Below, one piece after another: positions 27,401 through 38,408 of a stretch of DNA of 64,000 nucleotides. The notes under the pieces are model-generated. The model did not search any database and was not told the origin of the DNA. It was given only the letters and a program-made list of their open reading frames with translations. This stretch comes from Antedon mediterranea (taxonomy: Eukaryota > Animalia > Echinodermata): contig NC_092678.1 of the NCBI RefSeq assembly GCF_964355755.1, positions 22,461,365 to 22,525,364 on the forward strand. Reading direction: 5' to 3'. The translations under genes and the position numbers were made by a program. Position 1 is the first letter of the stretch. Each line of letters begins with the position of its first letter.

Positions 27401-29918
27401 ATTAAACAGTCACATAAAAGTAACATTGCGGACAATTCATTTTATATTAAGATATTTGATTATCTTGTGTGCAGCTTTGTGCTACTCAATATAAACCCTA
27501 CTTACATTTTTTCCTTTTCAGAATTGACATCATCCGATTTAGGTAACCTAGATGCCTTGTCGGGTTCAACACTCTACGTGTTCATCGCATCAATAACTTC
27601 TAGTAACTTCAACACGCCCATCAAGGCGTCAAACCCTCTTTGTCGGTTCATAAACATAGAATTTCACGACAAATCAACCACTAAATCTGGAATGGTCCTA
27701 CTCGAAAATCCGCAGCAAGAATTTCCCATGGACTTTGCTGCCCTCAAACAACAAGTATGTGCTATTTTTGGCATCGTAGGGAAATCGGTGACTCTCTGTG
27801 ATTCAAATAAAAAGCAGAATGGTACGTTGAATTTTTTTGATTTAATTTTTTATATTTTAATATTTTAACTTCATTAGTTATTATATTTTAATAATTACTC
27901 TTTTACATCCATTTAGATTCAAAATACATTTTTTCACATCTGTTTTCAGGGTGTTTTTTTCCTCCTTATTCAGATATCCAATTTGTTTTAGGTAATGATT
28001 TAGACGTTAAACTAATAATGTCCAGTTGATGGTACAAAATGTATTGTATTTTTTAAAGAGTTTATAACACTTTATTGTAATTCATGAAAGATAAAATATA
28101 AATAAGGCATGTAAATTTTATTTTATTATCTTAATGACGAAAATTCAACTAATAAAAAAAGAAATTATGAAAATTAACAACAATTACAAAATATATAATG
28201 TATAAAGAATTACAAAGAAAATTGTTGTTATTATGACATTTTTTGTTGTTATTAAATGATTTTCATTTAGTCTAGAATATTCTTTATTTTAACATACCTA
28301 AAGATTGTACCACGATATTTATATATATCATGGCAGGTGTTTCATTCATTTCAATGATTTTGTATTCATCTATATCAAGATAATTTTTATATTAAAACAT
28401 AAGTTATGATAATGATATGTTAAGAAAAGTGAATATTGAAAGGAGTCTGACATAAATATGGTGAATTTCACTTATGTTACATGTATATTGTTGTTGTTTA
28501 TTTTAAACATGATTTATTTATAATATATAAAATAGTTAAAGATGTATTGTCCCTTGAAACACAAAAAATGAAGGTCAAAATATTCAGTTAAATTTTTTTT
28601 TTTTTTTATCGACTAATTTTTGGTGAAAGTTAAAACTATTGCGATACTTCAAAATGACTGACTTTATTTCGAAATATTTTTTTTAAAATGTTTGGCGAAT
28701 TAGTCAAAGGGACACATCTTTAATTACTTTCCAGTAGTTTGAAAATTCTCTCAAATAATATATACACCTATTATATTTTTAAGTAATTATATACATATTT
28801 TAAAGGTTGGATAAATAAAATATTATACAAGGTTTTTTTTATAAAGTAGATTGATTGATTGATTGAAATATATATTTATACTGGGTAACCTCTTCAGTCA
28901 AAGACTGGTCTCCCAGAGGGCCCAGTTGGTGATCAGTGGCTGTGATGTACTAATACACCAGGGTAACCCCCTATACTTGTCTCAAAAGATGTACTAGGTT
29001 CTTTAAAGTGTACACGAGCTAGATATTTACACTGGACCTACGGTTTATAGTCCTTATCAATTATGTTGCAAGTTTAAATATTATTGCTTGTATTTTAGAG
29101 ATATAATTTTGTTAGGTTTCCACCCGTTCCTTTTTGCAGAGAGGCTGGATAACAAATATTTATATATTTTTGAAGATATTTTAGTTTGTAGTATCTTTTA
29201 TAGAAGAAAATATAAGAGATAATAATAATAGTTATTTAACCTTGAGCTGTCGTACATCTCATCTATTTTTAGATATATATTTTTGGAATTCTTGGAATGG
29301 TTTATAAAATCGTAGACTGATTATAATAAAATATGGAAGTCATAGTTATATTATGGCTATACTTTTTATTGTACCCTGTTAAGATGCTATCATCTTCATA
29401 GCATGTTATGTAGCAATATAAACGTGAGTTTGAATCTCCGTTTGACTCAATTCTGTAAAGTCATGCTAAAAATCATTTAAAATTAATTTAATTCCAAAAA
29501 AGGTAGGCTTAATTTTTTCTATTAACAATAATTTTTATACACTTCCACTGATGAACTTTTGAGATGCAAACGCGTAGTACTGATACAGTTTTACGCGTTT
29601 CCATCCATTTTTTCCTTTCGGTGTACATAATGTCTTGTCTGTTACAGACATTTATGCTGTTTTCCAGGATTTTTTGTAGGCTCGTTATTAAAAATGGCAT
29701 AATTCTCAAGGTGGTAAACAATATTTGTATAGTGTTTTTTTTTTTTTAACAAAACTTGAACAAAGATTAACCTTGTTATTGAACATACATTCGCTTTACC
29801 ATTTGTTGACTATCAATTTTTCTTATCAAAGATTTCAATCTATCTTGCAGGTTTGACGTGCAGCGCACCAGAAGATGTTTTACGATTCCACGGCAAAACT
29901 CTACACGCATTTGTTTGA
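18469..29918 (+). CDS. IARS1: Cytoplasmic isoleucyl-tRNA synthetase, ~1279 aa, 25 coding exons: 18469-18587, 18686-18842, 18946-19065, 19477-19611, 20518-20602, 20710-20926, 21390-21450, 21535-21630, 22141-22260, 22440-22630, 22774-22974, 23206-23298, 23394-23498, 23760-23930, 24199-24343, 24469-24589, 24703-24794, 24966-25165, 25287-25473, 25642-25920, 26076-26171, 26673-26843, 27026-27335, 27522-27821, 29851-29918
   Basis: [16 protein letters not shown] (HIGH motif), [23 protein letters not shown] editing motif, [30 protein letters not shown], and two C-terminal LLENP repeats. Introns are GT-AG and the exon sum of 3840 nt is in frame. Confidence 0.97.
19085..19220. mobile_element. MITE family A copy (IARS1 intron)
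   Basis: Both TIRs present. Confidence 0.88.
19725..19853. mobile_element. MITE family A copy whose right end seeds the adjacent satellite
   Basis: taa-agctctgtctacactatcaaact ... agtttgatagtgtagacagagct-tta. Confidence 0.9.
19854..20447. repeat. 29-31 bp tandem array (~19 units) tagagctgctgatagtgtagacagagcttta
   Basis: Each unit is the MITE A terminal sequence plus ~12 bp of flank. Confidence 0.95.
20971..21064. mobile_element. Short TA-flanked Tc1/pogo-type MITE with CAG...CTG ends; related gtgtcccttgaatag motifs at ~42958, 52541-52810 and 53066
   Basis: ta-cagtatagcctc ... gtgtcccttgaatagagggtgtc ... tactg-ta. Confidence 0.55.
21795..21860 (+). mobile_element. tRNA-derived SINE head (degenerate)
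   Basis: A-box-like gtggcttggcggtta and B-box-like gggttccaagtcc; no complete cloverleaf. Confidence 0.5.
22985..26476. mobile_element. Four further MITE family A copies in IARS1 introns (~22985-23090, 23951-24080, 24818-24945, 26315-26476)
   Basis: tacactatcaaact TIR and the gtgatgtgcccaaatatggtagtgat core in each. Confidence 0.85.
23535..23640 (+). repeat. Dispersed repeat shared with ~63552-63660
   Basis: cttcatcaa...atggatg...ggagcag...ctagtag...cccagtaccgttt[c/t]gattacgatca...ggaaattacctca at both sites. Confidence 0.75.
28540..28719. mobile_element. TTAA-flanked MITE (Kolobok- or piggyBac-type target site)
   Basis: ttaa-AGATGTATTGTCCC ... GGGACACATCT-ttaa imperfect inverted ends; related end motif gggacaatacatct at ~3161. 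Confidence 0.6.
28849..29058 (-). mobile_element. 5'-truncated Deu/Nin-domain-like SINE with (TCAA)n tail
   Basis: Minus strand gataaggactataaaccgtaggtcc...tttaaagaacctag...ggggttaccctggtg; same family as 37410-37706 and 50676-50960. Confidence 0.7.
29430..29610 (+). repeat. Segment duplicated at ~31136-31365
   Basis: gaatctccgtttga[c/g]tcaattctgtaaagtcatgct...aggcttaatt...aaacgcgt...acgcgtttcc in both copies. Confidence 0.8.
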
Positions 29919-32900
29919 AATTGATGACAGTAACTAAATTGTATTTCCTTAGTGTAGAAGATTAAATAGAAAAAAAAAAATACTTTGATAATCCGACAAT
30001 TAAATTGTATACATGCCCTCGATTATTTTGGTTTTTTTTCTGATGTTTTACTAGGATATATGCATTCTCTATGGATGTATTTAAAAAAATAACTCCTGCA
30101 GGAGAGATTTGTGTCTTACTAGCTGGAGTAAACGTTTTAGGCATTACTTGCTAAAGATATGCTTCCCTAAAAGATAATATTGAGGTTTTTTTTACCGAGG
30201 TAAAAGTTTTAGGCATCACTTGCTGAAGATACGTGTTCCCGAACTTTTTCCTCAAATTCTCTCCCAGGATTAGGTTCTGACAGATACATTACTAATACAC
30301 ATTTTTTTTTATGTACTGAATTTCCTATTTACTTGCCAAATCAGATAAAAATTAAATGCAATTAAAATTGGTAGATTTTAAGTACAATTTTTTATAATCA
30401 CAATTATATTGGTTAAAGGGTTTTTTGGTGGAATAATCTTAATTAAAGATATGTAAAAAAAAAAATTTACAGGTAAAAAAACTATGAAATTATAGAGCTG
30501 AATGAAATATCACTCTAAATATATTTAATTTTAAATAATGTATTAAATAATTTGGTCTAAAATGGGATAAAACTTTATTTGCTGTTTGTTTACTGAAAAC
30601 CTAACATTAAGCATATCTACTTAAGATTAATAGTTGATCAGAAAAGTTAATTTATAACTAATAATGTTACATAACGCAGCTGTGTAGGATGATGTAGTGG
30701 TTTAAAGGTATGGAACGCTCCAAAATTTGAATTTAAAAAACTTGTAAAATCTTATAGCCAATTTATAATGTGCTTAGTGACATCATTAAAAGTAATTTAA
30801 CTATTGTAACAAATATTTTTTCTTTTGTAAAACAATATTAGTAGGTCAATGTTGACGTCAAAACTATTTGTAAAAGTTCATCAAAAGTTCAAATCATACG
30901 AATGTAATAACGCATATCAATATTTACAAAAAATAGCGCGAAGAACCTATTTTGGCGCCAACGCGAATTATATTCTACTTTGGCGCGAATATTATTATGA
31001 ACCGTGAGCCATCTGATCATTGAGAGTGCCGATTTTCGACGATATAACAATATGCACATCGTTGCGTAACAAAACTCGTAAACTATATTTAGTGGTCTAA
31101 TAATTAGGCCGTCATCAAGTTCAAAGCCGGTAGTTCGAATCTCCGTTTGAGTCAATTCTGTAAAGTCATGCTTAAATCATTTAAAATTAAATTAAATTAA
31201 ATGAAAATTTAATTTTCGTTTTTGTATAAGCAGCTGTTATCCAAAGGTTATCAAAAACGTAGGCTTAATTGTTTTCCTACCAATAATGTTTTATACATTT
31301 TTGCTGACGTAATTTTAGATGAAAACGCGTCGTGCTGAGTAGTTTGACGCGTTTCCGTCAGTTTTTTACGATGTCACGCGACGTTTTCGCGAGAGAAACA
31401 GGGCAAGCAAAGTATTAATTAGTATATCTCGTAATGTATTCACAATCGATTTTGTAGCTATTTTTCATAGTTTTATCTGCACACGTCGGAATTAATTAGT
31501 GGGCCTACACGATATTGATAAACTATATACTGTATACAAATGTTATTGTCCGATCTTTAGAAAACACGCTAATTTTCCGGTTCGACCTTTTTCAATTATC
31601 TTTTATTAAATTACATAATTATCACGTCACTGCGAAAGTCGAAATAGTTTATGTGGTGATTGGTGAATGTCAACGATTTTACGAATAACAAGTTGATTGT
31701 TTTTCAAAACAAACAAAAATATCAATAGATCTAAATTTATGTTTTTTTATCAATATTTAAACGACACGTGTCTGTATAGTCATAGGTGTACAATTGTTAT
31801 CTACGTAGGCCTCAAACCAAGAATAGATTCACGCGTCTATTTTTGGCCAGGAAATTCAGTCTTATAATCAGTCGTGACAGTTTTCTGACGTCATTATTTT
31901 AAGCAGCAACTTGAGTCATGTGTAAAGTGTGCGCGTGACGTCTCACAAAGTTCAGATAGCTGCCAAACTGATGATGTCATACAGAAATCCGAGGAGACCC
32001 TGGGGATTCTGGAATCGTCTAAATAACTAACTTAATAGAAAATGTTATGCCGTGATTTGTCTGTTTTTAGAAAACTTGGCGGAATACTGTAATGACACTG
32101 TATTTTGACAAGTGTAAATAGGTCAAGATATAAAAATACTTAGGCCTTTAAACTTCTAAAGTATTGAGCTTATGTGGGAATCTCTTCATTTAAAAGTAGA
32201 CCTACACATCAACCATCCATGATTTGCAAACTAAAATAAAGGGACCCGGGCTAAAAATAACCCGTAAAATATTAAATGAATAGGCCTACATAAATTAATA
32301 GGCCTGTTCTTTGTTGTTTAACGCCAGTTAATACATACGGAACGACCGTTCGGATCGTGTGAACACCCACCTTGTCATTGGAATCCGTTGATTAAAATAC
32401 TTTTAAAACGAACAACTAGCTGTACGTATGTGTGAACGTTTGAAGTCAAAAAAAAGATACCAATACAGGTATGGAAATGGTACGCCCTCAACTCACTTAT
32501 TGCTACATACATTTCAACAGAAATAATCTATAGATAAACCATGGACTTATAAATTAGAATAGGTCCATAGATAAACAAATAGAAACATTGTTATTGTTAT
32601 AAGATATTGATACTATAAGCGGGTTAAGCGCGGTCAATCTGTGTTAGGCCTATTTGATTACGATGATCAACAATAACTTGTTTTAAACAATTCATACCAC
32701 GTAAGCAGTTAATCCGATAATTCAACTACTATCCGTTATTGCGAAAGGTCGCAAAATTAAAGCAATTGTTTTAAAGAATCATAATCTGTAGGCCTATTCA
32801 TGTAACGCTTGCTCCTTTTTTCTACAATGATTTTTTTTTCGACTATCGATAGTATATGTTTTTCGTTATGCGTTTAAGAACGGTAAACACCTTTTACAGA

Positions 32901-32976
32901 ATTTAAAATATTAGTCTTTGATGCAATTTATTTAAAAAATAATGTTAGGCTACCTCAAATATCCAATTCTACTCAT

Positions 32977-33145
32977 TAGTTACGTACCCGGGTAAGTTAG
33001 TTACGTACCCGGGTAAGTCAGTTACTTACATGGGTAAGTTAGTTACTTATCTGGGTAAGTTAGTTACATACCCGGGTAAGTTAGTTACGCATCCGTGTAA
33101 GTTAGTTACGTACCAGGGTAAGTTAGTTACGTACCCGGGTAAGTC
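32977..33145. repeat. 21-bp tandem repeat agttagttacgtacccgggta, ~8 units
   Basis: Seen directly; contains the palindrome tacccgggta. Confidence 0.92.
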
Positions 33146-34399
33146 GGTGACCTAGCGATAATGGCCCAGACGGCTTGTTGTGACCCTGGGAATAACTAAG
33201 CTTTGACGGTTCATTGACAAATTTGGCGATTGGTAATTTGTAAAATGGTCTTATAATAGGAGTCTTGACACATGGGGTTTACAGCAGGTCTAAATGCTGT
33301 ATTATATTAATTCACGTCACTTCTCGTTACACCTTGGTAAATCCGTCGCAACCACGAGTCAGTAATAGTCCATTCCCATTTCGATTTACTGATTTGTTCA
33401 GAAACATAATACAAGACGACGTTATGCGACACGCGAACACTTGTTACACACGTCAGACAACGGACAGATTTAGTAGGCCTATACTTACTGTATGGAATAT
33501 TATTATCACATTATTTGTGACATAAGTAATGCTTGACACGCACATCGTGCTAAAATAGGAACAAGATATCTCTGCAGAAATCGTTGATCTTGATTAAATA
33601 TTATGAAATTGTTCGTTTGGGTGCGTCAACATTTGACGCAAATGTAACGCGTAAAAGTTCGGTCAACCACTTGTTAAAGATGCCGGTAGCTCAATGTGTA
33701 TTAAGACACTGTGCTAACTAACTATATTTTGCCAAACAAAATATTGATTTTTACCATTATTTTTTCCTGCATTCAAAACCAAACGGCGACAAGAAGTTGT
33801 AAAATACTGGAAACAAATTTTTTGTGAAAATGGGGGTCATCATTACTTCATTATTGCGAAACCCCTTAATTGTCTATTTTTGTAGCCACATCCTAACGTG
33901 GCTGATGCCATGATGGTATACCCGAAATGCTTCATTATTGGACACCAATATTGTGACTACTACACGTCACTGCCTACGGTACCGTACCGATTAGTATAAA
34001 AATAATGTGCTGTTTGTTATATGATGACGTCACACACTAAGCTATAGTTCATCTCTTACATAATTACATAATACGCGATATTGAACCAATTAGACGTGCG
34101 GTGACATAATGACTCCTCAACCGTGCTCGATATTATTGGACCAATAAACCTACCGTAGTGACATCATACGCGCTATTTAGCAAATCAGATTGCGTTTACT
34201 GTTATTGTTTTATAGGTGTCATTTCGCCAAAAAAAATAAAAAGAAAAACATGTTTATCATTGACGGTTGATTGTTACTGTGTTATGCTTTGTTGACGCAG
34301 CACCTGAACTTAACTTAATTGATTTAGTGCGTCGTACGTTTATACATGATCGTTTTTAGCGATTTTTTTTACATTGGGAAAAGAATTAAATTGACATAC

Positions 34400-34765
34400 A
34401 GAATTCTTACTAAGGGGAAACTTTTAGGAAACCTATCCATCAAGTGTCCCCGGCCTTATAGTCGTCACATAAGCCTGTTGCCACTATTCGTTTCAGGCAG
34501 CAGAGAAAAGAGTTATTTACTCTACCCTGATTCCAAGAACTGTTGATAGGGGTATCCCCTTCCCTGTGAATTCCCCCCCCCCCCCGGAGTTATTAGGAAG
34601 GCTTTTACTGGTTACCGACGGAAGGCGTATCACCTTACTTCGGTTTGGGGTTTTTTATTTAGAATGGTTGGAATCCCTTTTATCGTATTAGTTTATGTAA
34701 AGCGCTTAGAGGTTTTACAACATTGGGCGCTATATAAATCCAGGATGTTATTATTATTATTATTA
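34400..34765 (+). mobile_element. SINE/LINE 3' end with an L2-type tail
   Basis: gtaaagcgcttagag...gcgctatataaat...(tat)n is typical of L2 LINEs and their partner SINEs; the 5' boundary is uncertain. Confidence 0.55.
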
Positions 34766-35599
34766 CTTTAAAATATTAATACAATACAACAGACCATAGT
34801 AGAGTAATAATAATATTGGATGGAAGAACAAAATGGCTGACTCACGTAACTCACAATCACTATAACTTACCATCAGTCAGTCTGTGTCAGTCAATTATTT
34901 TTTCAATACCAGCTGGTCAAACGCTATCGAACCGACTCGTGTACTAATTTGATTTTTCAATAGACCTCATATTTACTCATTTGGATGGTCGTGGTACCCG
35001 AGTGCCCTAGTTTTTTGTTTCCGATATACCACCAATTACCGAATTTTCCGATGTGTTTTTTAACGAACAAAGAACATAATATAGGCATACTTAGTGCTTA
35101 AACATTATAGAGATTAAACGCGGGATTGTTATTATTTATCAATATCTTTTATTTTTTTATTTATTAAATGCTTTGATATTCGGGAACAATTTCTTTACGC
35201 ATAATAGTTGTTGAATATACGTTATTGCATAGCGTCACGATGATAATAAACCGGTAACTGTTGTTGATATTATTATTCACTAATATCATTAGTTGTCATT
35301 ATAATATGAGGCCGCGACAGTAATATCACATATGTTTATATATTACGATACAAATGAATCAAGCATAAAAAATGGATCCCAATAATCACTGTTGCTGTTT
35401 TCAGCTTAGCTCAGCTCAGATTAATGCCGCAACAGAAACCATTCAATAGTTTGTTGCAAACGTCAATATTATTTTATTTCTAGAAAAATAAAATATGTGT
35501 ATTTATGGTCCAATGATTAATTTATTATAGTTTATAATTTGTAAAAAATCGAGGGACTAACAGAATGCAAAAAGATGGAATTGAAACCACCGTCGTTCA

Positions 35600-35905
35600 T
35601 TAACTGAATGACGTCAATGTTACCATGGAGCAACCAATGACAGGACGTTTTACAGAACTAGACGGTACTCATTGCTAATCACGTGACAGCGCGTAGGGCG
35701 GCCACGGAAAAGGGTTGATTTTACTTGCTGTGTGGATGAGTTAAGTACCGGTGCTTACCTTGTGTCTTTGAAAATATCACTTATTTATCTTAATGAATTA
35801 CTACATTCAGGTAACTAATTAGCATTCCAGGAGCTGGTCGGAGCTGTGTTACATGTTTTACCTTTATTTGAGGGATTTACACCAGGTATAGAGAAGGTAA
35901 GGTAA
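35600..35905 (+). promoter_or_regulatory. Promoter-like cluster and probable first (non-coding) exon of an unidentified gene
   Basis: TGACGTCA 35609-35616, CCAAT 35634-35638, TCACGTGA 35679-35686; donors cag|gtaact (35811) and aag|gtaagg (35897); CpG-rich to CpG-poor transition downstream. Confidence 0.5.
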
Positions 35906-36819
35906 CTTGTTTTTGCAATGCAAAACCAATGCTGATTTTGGTTTGTGGGCGACAATAATGCGTGCGGTTGTTTTTCGTTTGTCCGCGGCTCTCACAGCTG
36001 ATCGGACTGCTTATGTTTTGTTTTTAGTTTGCAATCGAGGCCTAGGATACTTAGGCCTAGCTATGCACTTGTTGTCTTGACTTTGCATTTCAGTCACATA
36101 TTATTTCATATCCAAAATGTTGTATTGTATAAATCTAAACAATACAGCATATTTGATAGTTAACACATTAGAAAAAGGACAGGATTAAAATGGTTAAAAT
36201 GTTAGTTTTAATGTTGTTTGTTAGTTGTTAATACACAAATAGTAAATACGGTTGGATTGAGAGGCAGACACTACTCGCTACATCCTGATTTGAGGGGTAC
36301 AGTGGTTCAAACACTCAGCCCAGGCTTTAGGCTAGGACCAGGACTGGCCTAGGACAGTACTTGAAATTCTAACTACTGTATTCTCTACACACAGTACTGT
36401 AGTACATTCATTATTGTACTCACAAGCATAACCCCATTTGATTTCTCCATCAATAATAATAAAAACAGACAATTCATAATTTTTTGAACATGAACACAAC
36501 CCCACATTCTTTCAGTCATCATTGTTGATGAACTCAATCAGACTTTTTTAAATTTATTCTATTCTTTACACCGTAGTATATTCCCTTTCAAAATACGGTC
36601 AAAGTCTAATAATACAGTACCTTGACATAAATACAGCATGGTTGTTCATTCATTTACTTTAACATAGATTACAATAAATGCAAAAAGCAATTTTAATATT
36701 TATATAGAAGATTTCTATTTTTAGAGTATCAGTTGATTAAACTTAATATTTTTTTCTGTCATTCTTCACTGTAGTTGTTCCAACATTTATTTTTAGCTTT
36801 TTGAATACCTCCATATTAT

Positions 36820-36960
36820 TACCGTAGTTCCTCGGGTATAATCCCACCTCGAGTATAATCCCACCCCCGACTTTACGATTACCTTCGCACGCAAGCATAT
36901 CCCCGGGCAAAGTCCCAGTGTATAATTTATCATTAGGACAGAGGTAGGCCTAGCTAGCTA
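36820..36960 (+). mobile_element. pogo/Tc-like MITE end with CCG terminus (ta-ccgtagttcctcgggtataatcccacc); related inverted fragment at ~21100-21335
   Basis: Repeated gtataatcccacc here; gtgggatta...cccgagga at 21282-21335. Confidence 0.5.
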
Positions 36961-37409
36961 GGCCGACGTCGATTTTTTAAAAGAAATTCTCACCAAAAAA
37001 TGTAATAATATCAATTAAATTGATTTTTTTTCCTGTTATGTTACAGTGTGAGTAATTAGAAACACCAGAATGAAACTTAACTGCATTGTTGCAATTTCTT
37101 TGAAATTCTATTTTTAACTACTGTTATGATTGTTATTCTTTGCACAATAATACTGTACTCTGCTGTATTATATCTACTTTTCCGGCCAATGATTTTATTG
37201 TGTACTGTGACTATGCCTGTGTTCCTTTAAATACTTTAAAAAATACATTCTGTATAAATTAGAAAACTATTTATGTACTTTGAACATTGTCAGATCTCGT
37301 GGGAGTAGGGATGCGCCCCCATTTGATTATGTACTCTACAGCATTTTCCCCCTTCCTTCATACTTCAAAATAAATTGCTGTACTCATAAAGGAAAGAAAA
37401 AAAATTGTT

Positions 37410-37706
37410 TGTTATTATTATTTAGGTGTCAGTGACCTCTTCAGTCAAAGACTGGTCTACCAGAGGGCCCAGTTACAGTATGATCAGTAACCCCCAACCC
37501 GTCTGGAAAGATGTACTAGGTTCTTTAAAGTGTACATGTACTAGACGTGTACACTTTGAACCTACGGTTTATTATAGTCATTATCCGAGAAGACAGTTTC
37601 TACTGTACCACCAGAACCATGGAGCGAGTGAGCCTCGAACCCTTGCTGATGTTATGGCTATGGATTACAGTTCCACTGTCTTACCGCTCAGCAACTCACT
37701 CACTGC
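37410..37706 (-). mobile_element. Near full-length tRNA-headed Deu/Nin-domain-like SINE with (TAA)n tail
   Basis: Minus strand: gttgctgagcggtaag (A box), gggttcgaggc (B box), cggataatgactat..aaaccgtagg, tttaaagaacctag, 3' gaccagtctttgactgaagagg. Confidence 0.75.
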
Positions 37707-38240
37707 AAGCTGCTGTAAGCTTAATTTGTAAAGCGGCTTATTTTACAATTAAAGTCTTAATTAATAATGGTTTTGTGAAGTATATAAAAAAAAATCAGTG
37801 CTGATATTATGAAGTTATCAAATTAGTTTTGTAATAACAAATGACTGTACAGGTAGTATACAAGAATATCATTTGCTTTTTTAAACATTTTTACTAAATC
37901 AATACTAAACTACAGCAATTAAGTACAGTATTAAGTCATTTATTTATTTATTACCTGGTAGCTTTCTAAGTATGTTTTTTTAATAAAGGACCCTGGAATG
38001 ATATTATTAATATTTCATAGACGTTGCTATTGTTTTATTGTTATTCTACCTTTCATTGTAATTTACTGGGACTGTTTATTGTTTTGTAAATGTTATTGAT
38101 TTCTATAGTAAAGTGTATTATTAGGTGATTGTATTCAATATGGTAATCAGTAAGGTCAACAGGGTATTACAGTATAACAATAATAATAATATAAATATTT
38201 ACTTTATTTGTATGTTTATGCTTATGCTAGTGTTGTTCTA

Positions 38241-38408
38241 AAGCTCTGTCTATACTAACAGTATCAAACTACTGTAGTTTGACAAAAAAAGTGTGATGTG
38301 CCTAAATATGGTATTAATATACCCAAATTTGATAGTGATATGACATCATCATGTCCATATATGGGAATATCACACATAAAGGTTGATAGTGTACTGTTGA
38401 CAGAGCTT
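38241..38408. mobile_element. MITE family A copy carrying TA-CTG-TA-type insertions
   Basis: Both TIRs present, interrupted at TA sites. Confidence 0.88.
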
